DNA from: an uncultured Candidatus Saccharibacteria bacterium
GTDB lineage: Bacteria; Patescibacteriota; Minisyncoccia; Minisyncoccales; CAYZYK01
Reading direction: 5' to 3'
DNA length: 64,000 nt
Assembly: GCA_964507665.1 (NCBI GenBank)
Contig: CAZDPT010000001.1
Coordinates: forward strand, 33,912 to 97,911
Translations under genes and position numbers: made by a program
The notes under the pieces: model-generated
The model's database searches: none
Told to the model about the DNA's origin: nothing
What the model saw: the letters and a program-made list of their open reading frames with translations, nothing else
In this document: in pieces, positions 19,400-28,422 of the stretch
How positions within the stretch are numbered: the stretch's first letter is position 1
Layout: each line of letters begins with the position of its first letter

Positions 19400-19817
19400 A
19401 TCTTTATCTAAAGCAGAAGTTAAAGAGATTGCCTTTGTGCTTGCCAAAAAGCATCTTGGTTTTGATGAACCAATTCCTGGTTTTGATAGTCGCTATCCTA
19501 ATATTTTAGAAAGTTGTCTTGTGGTTCCTTTTCAAACATTTACCAAAAAACCAGTTTACAAGGGTCTTATTGGAAAAGCATCAATCCTTTTTTATTTAAT
19601 GATTAAAAACCATCCATTTCAGAACGGCAATAAAAGGATTGCAATGACCACATTGCTTTTTTTTCTTTACAAAAACAAAAAATGGTTAGAGATTGACGCC
19701 AAAGAACTTTATAATTTTGCGGTTTGGGTCACAGAAAGCAACCCAAAAGTTAAGACCGAGACCATAGAATCTATTAAAAAGATTCTTAGAACCCACTTAG
19801 TTAATTTAAAGGAATAA
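19392..19817 (+). CDS. Death-on-curing (Doc/Fic) family toxin
   Basis: HPFQNGNKRIA (Doc-type NKR variant); ATG at 19392 overlaps the upstream stop. Confidence 0.9.
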   Translation: MIKSLSKAEVKEIAFVLAKKHLGFDEPIPGFDSRYPNILESCLVVPFQTFTKKPVYKGLIGKASILFYLMIKNHPFQNGNKRIAMTTLLFFLYKNKKWLEIDAKELYNFAVWVTESNPKVKTETIESIKKILRTHLVNLKE

Positions 19818-19886
19818 TTTTAACAAGAAAGTCGTGTTCTCAAAGGGACACCTATAGAATCGCTGAAGATTGAAAAAAATAGAAGT

Positions 19887-22037
19887 TTATTCAAAATGAA
19901 TTTTCTTTTCAAATTGTTTTACCCTCTTTTTGAGAGCAGGGTATTTTTTTAATTTGGGGTCCTCAGTTAGGATTTCTTTTGCTGATTCTCTTGTTTTTTC
20001 TACCAATTCTATATCCTTTAAGCTTGTCATAGCAAGGTCTGGAATACCCCATTGCCGATTTCCGTAAAGTTCCCCCGGACCCCTGATTTCAAGATCTTTT
20101 TCTGCCAGTTCAAAGCCATCCTCTGACTTTTCTAAGGCTTTTAATCTTTTTCTTGTTTTTTTTGTTCGAGAATTGGTAAACAAAAAACAATAGGATTGAT
20201 ATTTTGCCCTGCCTACTCTGCCCCGGAATTGATGAAGTTGAGCTAAACCAAATCTTTCAGCACCTTCAATCATCATAACTGTAGCTCTGGGGATATCAAT
20301 TCCTACTTCAACCACAGAGGTGGCAACTAAAATATCAATTTCTCCCTTTTTAAATTTTTTCATTGTTTTCTCTTTTTCTCTTGTTCCCATTTTACCGTGT
20401 AACATTCCAATTTTTAGATCAGGGAAAATCTCTTCTGAGAGTTTTTGATATTCTTCTTTTACGGCTTTCACTTCCCCCCAACCTGTTTTATCTTCTTCTT
20501 TTTCGGTGGGTTCTATCCTTGGACAAATTACAAAAACTCCTCTTCCTTTTTCAATTTCTTTTTTAATAAAGTTATAGGTTTGTTTCCTTTTATTTGAGGA
20601 GACAATTTTAGTTTTTACTTTTTTTCTACCTTTTGGTAATTCAGTAATTAAAGATAAGTCAAGATTACCGTAGACAGTTAAAGCTAAAGTTCTGGGAATT
20701 GGGGTGGCGGTCATAGATAAAAAGTGAGGAATAAATTCTTTTTGAAGACAGAGTTTTGCTCTTTGTTCAACTCCAAAACGGTGTTGTTCATCAACAATTA
20801 CTAAAGCTAGGTCTTTGAATTTAACCTTTTCCTGAATCAGAGCATGGGTTCCTATTAAAATATCTATTTCTCCTTCTTTTAATTTTTTTAATAACCTTCT
20901 GCGAGAAATTTCTAAAACTTCGTTTTTTAATTTTTTAGCGTTAACTTTATCTTGTTTTCCTGTTAAAAAACCAATTTTTAATTTAAAATCATCTAAGATT
21001 CTTCTTACTTTTCTAAAATGTTGTTTAGCTAAGATTTCAGTTGGAGCCATAAAAGCTACCTGATGTCGGTTTCTGGCTACATTTAAAGCAGCCATAGTAG
21101 CAACTACCGTTTTACCACTTCCAACATCACCTTCTAATAATCTTGACATAGGAGTGGGTTTTTCTAAATCCTTTAATATTTGCCAGGCTGCCTTTTTTTG
21201 AGAATCAGTTAGAGAAAAAGATAGAGATTCAGTAAAATCTTTCATTAATTCTGTGTCCATGGGACAAGAAACAGCTTTCTTTTTTTTCAATCGTAATTTT
21301 TCTTTTAAAACAGAAATTTGAATGAGAAACAATTCTTCAAAACCAAATCTTTTTTTAGCCCTTTTTGCTTTTTTTAGAGAATCAGGAAAATGAATTTGGA
21401 TTAGAGCTTCTTTTATAGGTAAGAGGTTGTATTTTCTTCTCATTTTTTCTGGAAGAGGATCTTGAATCTTATTTCTGAATTTAAAGAGTAGAGGTTTTAA
21501 AATATATCGTAACCATCTTGAGGATAAACCTTCTGTTTCTGGATAGACAGGAATTATTCTACCAGTATGAATTAATTTAGATTTTATCTCTTTGTTAAAT
21601 TTGTTCTCACTGGTAGTATTGGAAGAGGACTTTGAAATTTTTTCATAAATAGGATTATTAAGGTATAAACCCTCTTTTCCTAATTTAATTTTTCCTGCCA
21701 GACAAACAGTTGTGCCAGTTTTTAAAGTTTTTTTAAGGTAAGGTCGGTTAAACCATATTACCTTTAAGGGGGCTGTTTTATCTTGAACAATAGCTTGAGT
21801 TAAAATCATCTTTTTTTTCCATGTTCTTTTGTTTTCTATTTCTTTAATTTCTCCTTTAACACAAACTGTTTTGTTTGGGCTAATTTCTGCTATTTTGGTT
21901 ATTTCTGAAAAATCTTCATATCGGTGAGGAAAATGATAAAGCAGATCTCGTACATTTTTAATACCGAGTTTATTTAATCTTTTCTGGTATTTTTTTCCCA
22001 CATTAGGTATTTTTTTAATTGAAGTAGATAAATCCAT
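19887..22037 (-). CDS. recG: ATP-dependent DNA helicase RecG
   Basis: GDVGSGKT, DEQHRFGV, MTATPIPRTL, QLHQFRGRVGR, DLEIRGPGE. Confidence 0.97.
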   Translation of the reverse strand: MDLSTSIKKIPNVGKKYQKRLNKLGIKNVRDLLYHFPHRYEDFSEITKIAEISPNKTVCVKGEIKEIENKRTWKKKMILTQAIVQDKTAPLKVIWFNRPYLKKTLKTGTTVCLAGKIKLGKEGLYLNNPIYEKISKSSSNTTSENKFNKEIKSKLIHTGRIIPVYPETEGLSSRWLRYILKPLLFKFRNKIQDPLPEKMRRKYNLLPIKEALIQIHFPDSLKKAKRAKKRFGFEELFLIQISVLKEKLRLKKKKAVSCPMDTELMKDFTESLSFSLTDSQKKAAWQILKDLEKPTPMSRLLEGDVGSGKTVVATMAALNVARNRHQVAFMAPTEILAKQHFRKVRRILDDFKLKIGFLTGKQDKVNAKKLKNEVLEISRRRLLKKLKEGEIDILIGTHALIQEKVKFKDLALVIVDEQHRFGVEQRAKLCLQKEFIPHFLSMTATPIPRTLALTVYGNLDLSLITELPKGRKKVKTKIVSSNKRKQTYNFIKKEIEKGRGVFVICPRIEPTEKEEDKTGWGEVKAVKEEYQKLSEEIFPDLKIGMLHGKMGTREKEKTMKKFKKGEIDILVATSVVEVGIDIPRATVMMIEGAERFGLAQLHQFRGRVGRAKYQSYCFLFTNSRTKKTRKRLKALEKSEDGFELAEKDLEIRGPGELYGNRQWGIPDLAMTSLKDIELVEKTRESAKEILTEDPKLKKYPALKKRVKQFEKKIHFE

Positions 22038-22128
22038 AATTTTTAAATCTCCCTTATTTATATTAAACTATACTCAGGGTATAAATCAAAAAAAACTAAA
22101 GATTAAATATTAAAATTCAAGTGGTAAA

Positions 22129-23091
22129 ATGAAATTTAAGAAACATGGCCCGATATTGACTGCTCGAAATAGGAAAGATATTGGTGCCATATTCAATTGT
22201 GCTGCAATAGAGAAAGAAGGAGTAATTTATTTACTTCCAAGAGTAATTGAAAAAGGATACAAGAAAAGAAAAGAAGGGGGGTTTGATAAATATATTTCTA
22301 CTATTCATATTGCTGAGAGTGAAAATGGAAAGAATTTTAATCTTTCTCAAAAACCTTTTTTAGCTCCCGATGCACCTTATGATAAATATGGCTGTGAAGA
22401 CCCCAGAGTAGCAAAACTAGGAGATCGTTATTTTATAACCTATACTGCTCTTTCTGCTCCTGCTTATTCTGGTAAAGGGTGGCGAATTGGGTTAGCTTCA
22501 ACTAAGGATTTTTCTAATATTAAGAAACACGGAATTTTAGGTCCCAACACAGAGGACAAAAATGCTGTTATCTTTCCGGGTGTCATTAAGGGTAAAATTG
22601 TTGCTTTACATAGAATAGAACCAGAAATCCAAATAATATATTTTAATAACAAGGAAGATTTAACCAGCAACAAAAATCCTAATTTTTGGAAAGCTTACCT
22701 TGAAAGAATGGAGAGATATACAGTTTTGAAAAGAAAGTATAAATGGGAGAGAGTTAAAATTGGAGCAGGACCACCACCTATTAAAACAGAGAAAGGTTGG
22801 CTTCTGATTTATCATGGAGTTGATGCTGAAGAAATATACAGGGCTGGGGCTGTTCTTTTGGACTTAACTGATCCCGAGAAAATAATTGCAAGGAGTCCTC
22901 TGCCTATTTTAGAACCAACAGAAGATTATGAGAAAAAAGGCGATGTTCCTTCTGTTGTTTTTCCAACTGGGGCTGTGGTTCGGAAAGAAGAATTGTTTCT
23001 TTATTATGGTGCAGCTGATCAAAGGTGTTGTCTGGCAACTTGTAGTTTAAAAGAATTAATTAACTTTTTACTTAAAAAAGGAAAAAGGTAA
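22129..23091 (+). CDS. GH130-family glycosidase/mannoside phosphorylase
   Basis: FNCAA, GCEDPRV, YTA, DKNAVIFP, KIGAGPPPIKTEKGWLLIYHGV, YYGAAD. Confidence 0.9.
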   Translation: MKFKKHGPILTARNRKDIGAIFNCAAIEKEGVIYLLPRVIEKGYKKRKEGGFDKYISTIHIAESENGKNFNLSQKPFLAPDAPYDKYGCEDPRVAKLGDRYFITYTALSAPAYSGKGWRIGLASTKDFSNIKKHGILGPNTEDKNAVIFPGVIKGKIVALHRIEPEIQIIYFNNKEDLTSNKNPNFWKAYLERMERYTVLKRKYKWERVKIGAGPPPIKTEKGWLLIYHGVDAEEIYRAGAVLLDLTDPEKIIARSPLPILEPTEDYEKKGDVPSVVFPTGAVVRKEELFLYYGAADQRCCLATCSLKELINFLLKKGKR

Positions 23092-23095
23092 TTTT

Positions 23096-23785
23096 ATGGA
23101 TAAAGATTTAATTATTATTTCTGTTGGTGGATCTTTAATTGTTCCAGATGAGATTGATATAGTTTTTTTAAAATCTTTTAAGAAAATTATTCAAAATCAG
23201 ATTAAAAAAGGTAAAAGGTTTATTATTGTTTGTGGGGGAGGAAAGCTGGCAAGAGATTATCAAAAAGCAGCTGGAAGCCTTTCTGATATTAAAAAAGAAG
23301 AGCTTGATTGGATGGGTATTCAAGCTACTGTTATTAACGCTCATCTTTTGAAAATAATTTTTGGGAAACAAGCTTACCCTGAAATTATTAGAGATCCAAT
23401 CCAGAAAATAAAGTTCAAAGAAAAGATTCTCTTAGCAGCAGGATGGAAGCCAGGGTTTAGCACAGATTATGATGCTGTCTTGCTTGCTGAAAATTTTGAA
23501 GCAAAGAAAATTCTTAATTTGACGGATATTGACTACATTTACGATAAAGACCCAGATAAATTTAAAGAAGCTAAACCTATTAAAAAAATCTCTTGGAAGA
23601 GATTTATAAACCTTATACCTGAAGACTGGAAACCGGGTTTGAACTTTCCTTTTGATCCTGTTGCTGCAAGGAAGGCAAAAGAATTGAGTCTAGAAGTATC
23701 AATAGTTAATGGAAAAAAGAGGAAAAGAATAAATGATTATCTGAATGAAAAAGACTTCGTTGGGACGAAAATAATTCCTGATTAA
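23096..23785 (+). CDS. pyrH: UMP kinase (archaeal-type)
   Basis: ISVGGS, VCGGGKLARDYQ, LDWMGIQAT, GWKPGFSTDYDA, FDPVAA. Confidence 0.9.
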   Translation: MDKDLIIISVGGSLIVPDEIDIVFLKSFKKIIQNQIKKGKRFIIVCGGGKLARDYQKAAGSLSDIKKEELDWMGIQATVINAHLLKIIFGKQAYPEIIRDPIQKIKFKEKILLAAGWKPGFSTDYDAVLLAENFEAKKILNLTDIDYIYDKDPDKFKEAKPIKKISWKRFINLIPEDWKPGLNFPFDPVAARKAKELSLEVSIVNGKKRKRINDYLNEKDFVGTKIIPD

Positions 23786-23786
23786 A

Positions 23787-24230
23787 TTAAAGGTCTCTTC
23801 TCATCTGAATTTCTCCGCTTTTCTTCATTCTACATTTTTTATAGAAGGGAATTAATTCTTTTTTGCAATTTAAAATAACTTTATAGCAGTTTTTTTGTTC
23901 TGCTTTTTCAATTAGATGATTAACTATAATTTTTCCAATCCCTTTTCCTCGGGCCTTTTTATCTACTACTATATTTTCTATGTGTCCGTAGGGTCTTGTT
24001 CCATGAGAAAGATTTAATTGTCTGAGTAAAGTTCCTGTCCCTAGAATTTTTCCTTTCTCTTGATAAATACAGGTATAATAATTTTCATCAGTAATTATCT
24101 TCTTTAAAGTATTGGAAGGTTCTTTTCTGTCTATCTCTTTATCTCGTTTAGTTTTCGGACTAAGTTGATATAGTAGATTAAGTAAACTGTTTAAATCTTT
24201 TATTTCTACTTTTCTAATTTTATTTTTCAT
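23787..24230 (-). CDS. GNAT acetyltransferase, GNA1-like (glucosamine-6-phosphate N-acetyltransferase)
   Basis: GHIENIVVDKKARGKGIG and CYKVILNC...FYKKC resemble GNA1 motifs; adjacent to glmS. Confidence 0.8.
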   Translation of the reverse strand: MKNKIRKVEIKDLNSLLNLLYQLSPKTKRDKEIDRKEPSNTLKKIITDENYYTCIYQEKGKILGTGTLLRQLNLSHGTRPYGHIENIVVDKKARGKGIGKIIVNHLIEKAEQKNCYKVILNCKKELIPFYKKCRMKKSGEIQMRRDL

Positions 24231-24239
24231 AAATAAATT

Positions 24240-26039
24240 ATGTGTGGAATTTGTGCCTATATCGGAGAAAGGGAATCCCTCCCTTTATTACTTGAAGGTT
24301 TAAAAAAACTTGAATATCGAGGATACGACAGCGCAGGAATCTGTATATTAAATGATTCTAATTTAAATATTGTAAAAAAACAAGGGAAGATCAAACAGTT
24401 GTCTCAACAACTGAAATTAAAAAAGTTGAAAGGTAATATTGGAATTTCACATACCAGATGGGCAACTCATGGAGCACCCAGTAAAGCTAATGCTCATCCT
24501 CAAACTGATTGTAAGGGAGAGATCGCAATAGTTCATAATGGGATAATTGAAAATTATCAAAGCCTGAAAGAATTATTAAAAAAAGAAGGTCATAAGTTTT
24601 CCTCAGAAACTGATTCTGAAGTTATAGCCCATCTCATAGAAAAATTTTACTCAGGTAATATTGAGAAAGCAACAATTAAAGCTTTGAAGTTAGTGAGGGG
24701 AGCTTTTGGGCTAGCAGTAGTTCACAAAGAAGAAAAAAAGATAATAGCAGCAAGAAGAGGATCTCCTTTAATTTTGGGTATAGGGAAAAATGAGATTTTT
24801 GTTGCTTCAGATATTCCTGCCATATTAAATCAGACTAAAAGAATAGTATATTTAAATGATAATGAAATTGCCTGTTTAAATCACAAGGGATATTCTATTA
24901 AAAATCTAGATGGTAAAGAAGTTAATAAAGAAATAAGTGAGGTGAAATGGACAGCAAGGCAGATAGAGAAAAAGGGCTTCAAACATTTTATGCTTAAAGA
25001 AATACTCGAACAGCCCACTTCAATAGAAAATACTCTCCGAGGAAGAGTAAAGAAGAATAGAATTAAATTGAGCCTTAATTTGGAAACTAACTCAATAAAG
25101 AGGATAATAATAACTGCTTGTGGAACAAGTTGGCATTCAGCTTTAATAGGGAAATATATAATTGAGAAGATGCTAGAAATTCCAGTAGAAGTTGATTATG
25201 CTTCAGAATTTAGATATAGGAATCCAATAATTAAGAAAGAAGATTTAGTAATTGTAATTTCTCAATCAGGAGAAACAGCAGATACTTTAGCTGCCTTAAG
25301 AGAAGCTAAAGAGAAAAAAGCTAAGACTTTAGGGATAATAAATGTAGTGGGTTCTACTATGACCAGAGAAGTTGATTCTGGAATATACTTACACGCAGGA
25401 CCTGAAATAGGAGTGGCTTCAACTAAAGCTTTTACTTGTCAGATTACAGCTTTGATTTTACTTTCTCTCTTTATAAAACAAGAGAAAGGAGAGAAAGTTA
25501 ACGAAAGGATTATCGAAAATCTTAGAGGAATTTCTTTAAAAGTAAAAGAAGCCCTGAAGAAATCAGATAATGTAAGAAAAACAGCAAGAGAATTTAAGAA
25601 TACTAAGAACTTTCTTTATTTAGGAAGGGGTTTAAATTTTCCTGTTGCTTTGGAGGGTGCTTTAAAACTTAAAGAAATCTCTTACATACATACTGAAGGA
25701 TATCCAGCAGCTGAAATGAAACACGGCCCCATCGCTCTAGTTGATAAAGATATGCCAGTAGTTTTTGTTTCTCCAAAAGACTCAACTTACCAAAAAATAT
25801 TAGCTAATATGGAAGAGATTAAAGCCAGGGGTGGTAAAATAATTGCTGTTACAACAAAGAGAGATAAAAAGATAGAAAGACTTGCTGATAATTTAATTAA
25901 AGTTCCTCAAACTGATGAACAGCTTTCTCCGATAGTAAATGTTATCCCCTTACAATTGTTTGCTTATCACATCGCTGATTTAAAAGGTATTGATGTTGAT
26001 AAACCAAGAAATTTAGCTAAATCTGTAACGGTAGAATAA
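24240..26039 (+). CDS. glmS: Glutamine--fructose-6-phosphate transaminase
   Basis: MCGI, LEYRGYDSAG, HTRWATHG, SQSGETADT, PRNLAKSVTVE. Confidence 0.98.
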   Translation: MCGICAYIGERESLPLLLEGLKKLEYRGYDSAGICILNDSNLNIVKKQGKIKQLSQQLKLKKLKGNIGISHTRWATHGAPSKANAHPQTDCKGEIAIVHNGIIENYQSLKELLKKEGHKFSSETDSEVIAHLIEKFYSGNIEKATIKALKLVRGAFGLAVVHKEEKKIIAARRGSPLILGIGKNEIFVASDIPAILNQTKRIVYLNDNEIACLNHKGYSIKNLDGKEVNKEISEVKWTARQIEKKGFKHFMLKEILEQPTSIENTLRGRVKKNRIKLSLNLETNSIKRIIITACGTSWHSALIGKYIIEKMLEIPVEVDYASEFRYRNPIIKKEDLVIVISQSGETADTLAALREAKEKKAKTLGIINVVGSTMTREVDSGIYLHAGPEIGVASTKAFTCQITALILLSLFIKQEKGEKVNERIIENLRGISLKVKEALKKSDNVRKTAREFKNTKNFLYLGRGLNFPVALEGALKLKEISYIHTEGYPAAEMKHGPIALVDKDMPVVFVSPKDSTYQKILANMEEIKARGGKIIAVTTKRDKKIERLADNLIKVPQTDEQLSPIVNVIPLQLFAYHIADLKGIDVDKPRNLAKSVTVE

Positions 26040-26056
26040 AAAAAGAAATACTAAGT

Positions 26057-26084
26057 AAAAAAAAGAGGAGAGCACCTCTTTTTT
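26057..26084. terminator. Bidirectional terminator (glmS / tRNA cluster)
   Basis: A-run AGAGG-AGAGCA-CCTCT T-run. Confidence 0.7.
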
Positions 26085-26089
26085 GTTTA

Positions 26090-26161
26090 TGCCCTCGATA
26101 GGATTCGAACCTATAGTTCTTCCTCCGCAAGGAAACGTTTTATCCACTAAACTACGAGGGC
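26090..26161 (-). tRNA. tRNA-Arg(GCG)
   Basis: GCCCTCG/CGAGGGC acceptor, TTTCC-TT GCG GA-GGAAG, GGTTCGAATCC. Confidence 0.92.
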
Positions 26162-26167
26162 AGTAAG

Positions 26168-26253
26168 CGGAGGGGGTGGGACTCGAACCCACATGGGAAT
26201 AATTCCCGCTGGTTTTCAAAACCAGTTCCTTGCCAAATTCGGAGCACCCCTCC
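26168..26253 (-). tRNA. tRNA-Ser(TGA)
   Basis: GGAGGGG/CCCCTCC, CTGGT-TT TGA AA-ACCAG, long variable arm, G73. Confidence 0.93.
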
Positions 26254-26374
26254 CCGGAAAACAGAATAGGCGGAATCCAAATAAGTTGTTCTAAGATAGA
26301 AAGAGCCCGAGGAGTAAATTCTTGCCATATCCCGCCTTAAAAAAACTCAAACAGCCTAAGGGTTTTTCAATTGC

Positions 26375-26462
26375 TGGCGGAGGAGGTGGGATTCGAACCC
26401 ACAAGCGGTTTTATCCGCGCAAGTTTAGCAAACTTGTGGCTTGCCATTCGCCGCACTCCTCC
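26375..26462 (-). tRNA. tRNA-Ser(GCT), CCA encoded
   Basis: GGAGGAG/CTCCTCC-GCCA, CAAGT-TT GCT AA-ACTTG, long variable arm. Confidence 0.93.
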
Positions 26463-26515
26463 TCTTTCCACTCTATTTTAATGAAAAAAAACATTAAAGT
26501 CAATTTTTTGTATCT

Positions 26516-27250
26516 TTATCCTTCTCTGGCTACTGTAATACCAAAAACTCTTTTTGCTCCTGCTTTCTTTAAAGTTTTAGTAGCTTCTTCTATAGTAGCT
26601 CCGGTGGTGTAAACATCATCAATTAAAAATATCTTTTTTCCTTTTATCTCCTTTGGGTTCTGGCAAGAAAAAGAATCTTTAATATTCTCTTTTTTAAGTT
26701 TAATCTCAGTAGGAGTTGGTTCTGTCTTAATTAAGCAATCTTCAACAACAGGAACGGAAACAGAAGGGAAATAGGGATGATTTTTAAGATTTTCAGAGAG
26801 AGCCTCAGCCAGAAGAGTTGCTGGATTGAACCCTCTTTTTTTTAACTCTTTTTTGTATAAAGGAACAGGGACAAGTATTGATTTTTTAAAGATCTTTCCT
26901 AAATTTTTACCAGATAAAAGAAAGTGATCTATTATTAAAAGAGAAAAGGGTTGGGCTAATTCTTTGACATAGGGTTCGTGTTTGAAATTTGAGATTAATC
27001 TTTTAATTAAATAATTCTCTTTGTAAGAGGTCGCATAATAAAGACCTGAGAGTTTTTTTGAAGAACATTTTTTGCATTTTCCAGCATCAGGAAGTAGTAA
27101 AGGATTTTTGTTACAAAGACATTTTTGGTTCTCTAAAATATCAAGAGTAGATTTACAATCTTCACAGAGATAATTACCTTCTCGACCACACCCTAGACAG
27201 AATTTTGGGAAAATAATATTTTTTAGAACTTTTTTTATTACAGAAAACAT
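26516..27250 (-). CDS. comF: ComF-family competence protein (double zinc ribbon + PRTase)
   Basis: FPKFCLGC...LCEDC, VPVPL, RGFN, LIDDVYTTGAT. Confidence 0.92.
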   Translation of the reverse strand: MFSVIKKVLKNIIFPKFCLGCGREGNYLCEDCKSTLDILENQKCLCNKNPLLLPDAGKCKKCSSKKLSGLYYATSYKENYLIKRLISNFKHEPYVKELAQPFSLLIIDHFLLSGKNLGKIFKKSILVPVPLYKKELKKRGFNPATLLAEALSENLKNHPYFPSVSVPVVEDCLIKTEPTPTEIKLKKENIKDSFSCQNPKEIKGKKIFLIDDVYTTGATIEEATKTLKKAGAKRVFGITVAREG

Positions 27251-27295
27251 TTTGTTAATTTAAAGATTACAATTTTTAAGGTATAATAGAACAAT

Positions 27296-28366
27296 ATGAT
27301 TTTCAATCCTTTCAGTTTTCTTTTTCCTAAAAAATTTGTTGGGGTAGACGTTGGTACTTCTGCAATAAAACTTGTGGAAATTTCTCGCTGGGGGAAAGGA
27401 ACTACCCTAGAGAATTACGGGGAAATAAAATCTGGAGCATTATTTGAAGAATCATTCCAAACTTTTGAGACAGCCACTCATTTAATTTCAGAAGAATTTG
27501 TTGGAAGAGCTATTAAGGCTATTTTAAAAGAAGCTAAAATTAGAACTAAATCAGCTATCTTTAGTCTTCCTGATTTTTCTACTTTTGTTACTACTTTTGA
27601 GTTACCTCCGATGACTGAAAAAGAGATTCCAGAAGCAGTTCATTATACAGCTCCAAGATACACTCCTCTTCCTATAAAAGAAACTACTCTCGATTGGCAT
27701 TTAATTGGAGGTACTCCCGGTGACAAAAAATCTCATCTTAAAATATTGTTGATTGCTATTCCAAAAGAAGTGGTAGAGAAATATCAAGAAACAGCTAAAA
27801 GAGCAGGATTACAACTTTATGCTCTGGAAGCAGAAGTTCTAGCTATAAATAGGGCTTTGGTGAAAAACGAAAAAAAAGTAATTTGTCTTGTAGAGATCGG
27901 TGCTCAGAGTTCAACTATAAGTATTGTAGATAAAGGAATCTTTAAAAAAAGTTATAGCTCTGATTTTTCCAGCAATCGATTAACTCACAGTATAAGTGCT
28001 TCTTTAGATATGGAGTATTCGGAGGCTGAGAAAACGAAAACAAAACATGGTTTAATTTCTTCCCAAGAAATAGATCTCAGGGACAGTTTAGTTCTTTTAA
28101 TTAACCCATTCTTGGAGGAGATTAAAAAAATTTCAGATGAATTTTCTAGAAAAAATGAGAAACCAGTAGAAGAAATCTATTTATCAGGAGGAGGAGCTAA
28201 TTTACCAGGATTAAAAAAATATATTCAAAAAGAAACAGGCAAGAAAACTAAGATACCTAACTGTTTTTCTGGAATTCTTTCTCCCCCCATTCTTGATAAA
28301 ACCCTGAAAGAAATAAGTCCTCGTTTTGCAGGGGCGGTTGGGGCAGTAATTGGTGAACTTTGGTAA
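27296..28366 (+). CDS. pilM: Type IV pilus assembly protein PilM
   Basis: VGVDVGTSAIKLVE, EIGAQSS, LSGGGANLPGL actin-like fold. Confidence 0.92.
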   Translation: MIFNPFSFLFPKKFVGVDVGTSAIKLVEISRWGKGTTLENYGEIKSGALFEESFQTFETATHLISEEFVGRAIKAILKEAKIRTKSAIFSLPDFSTFVTTFELPPMTEKEIPEAVHYTAPRYTPLPIKETTLDWHLIGGTPGDKKSHLKILLIAIPKEVVEKYQETAKRAGLQLYALEAEVLAINRALVKNEKKVICLVEIGAQSSTISIVDKGIFKKSYSSDFSSNRLTHSISASLDMEYSEAEKTKTKHGLISSQEIDLRDSLVLLINPFLEEIKKISDEFSRKNEKPVEEIYLSGGGANLPGLKKYIQKETGKKTKIPNCFSGILSPPILDKTLKEISPRFAGAVGAVIGELW

Positions 28367-28422
28367 TTGGATATTTAATTTAGATATTATATAATAAATT
28401 AACTAGATTAAATTTTATAATT

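Noticed and set aside
26013-26612. ORFs 26013..26219 and 26322..26612
   Set aside because: They overlap well-formed tRNA genes and comF.
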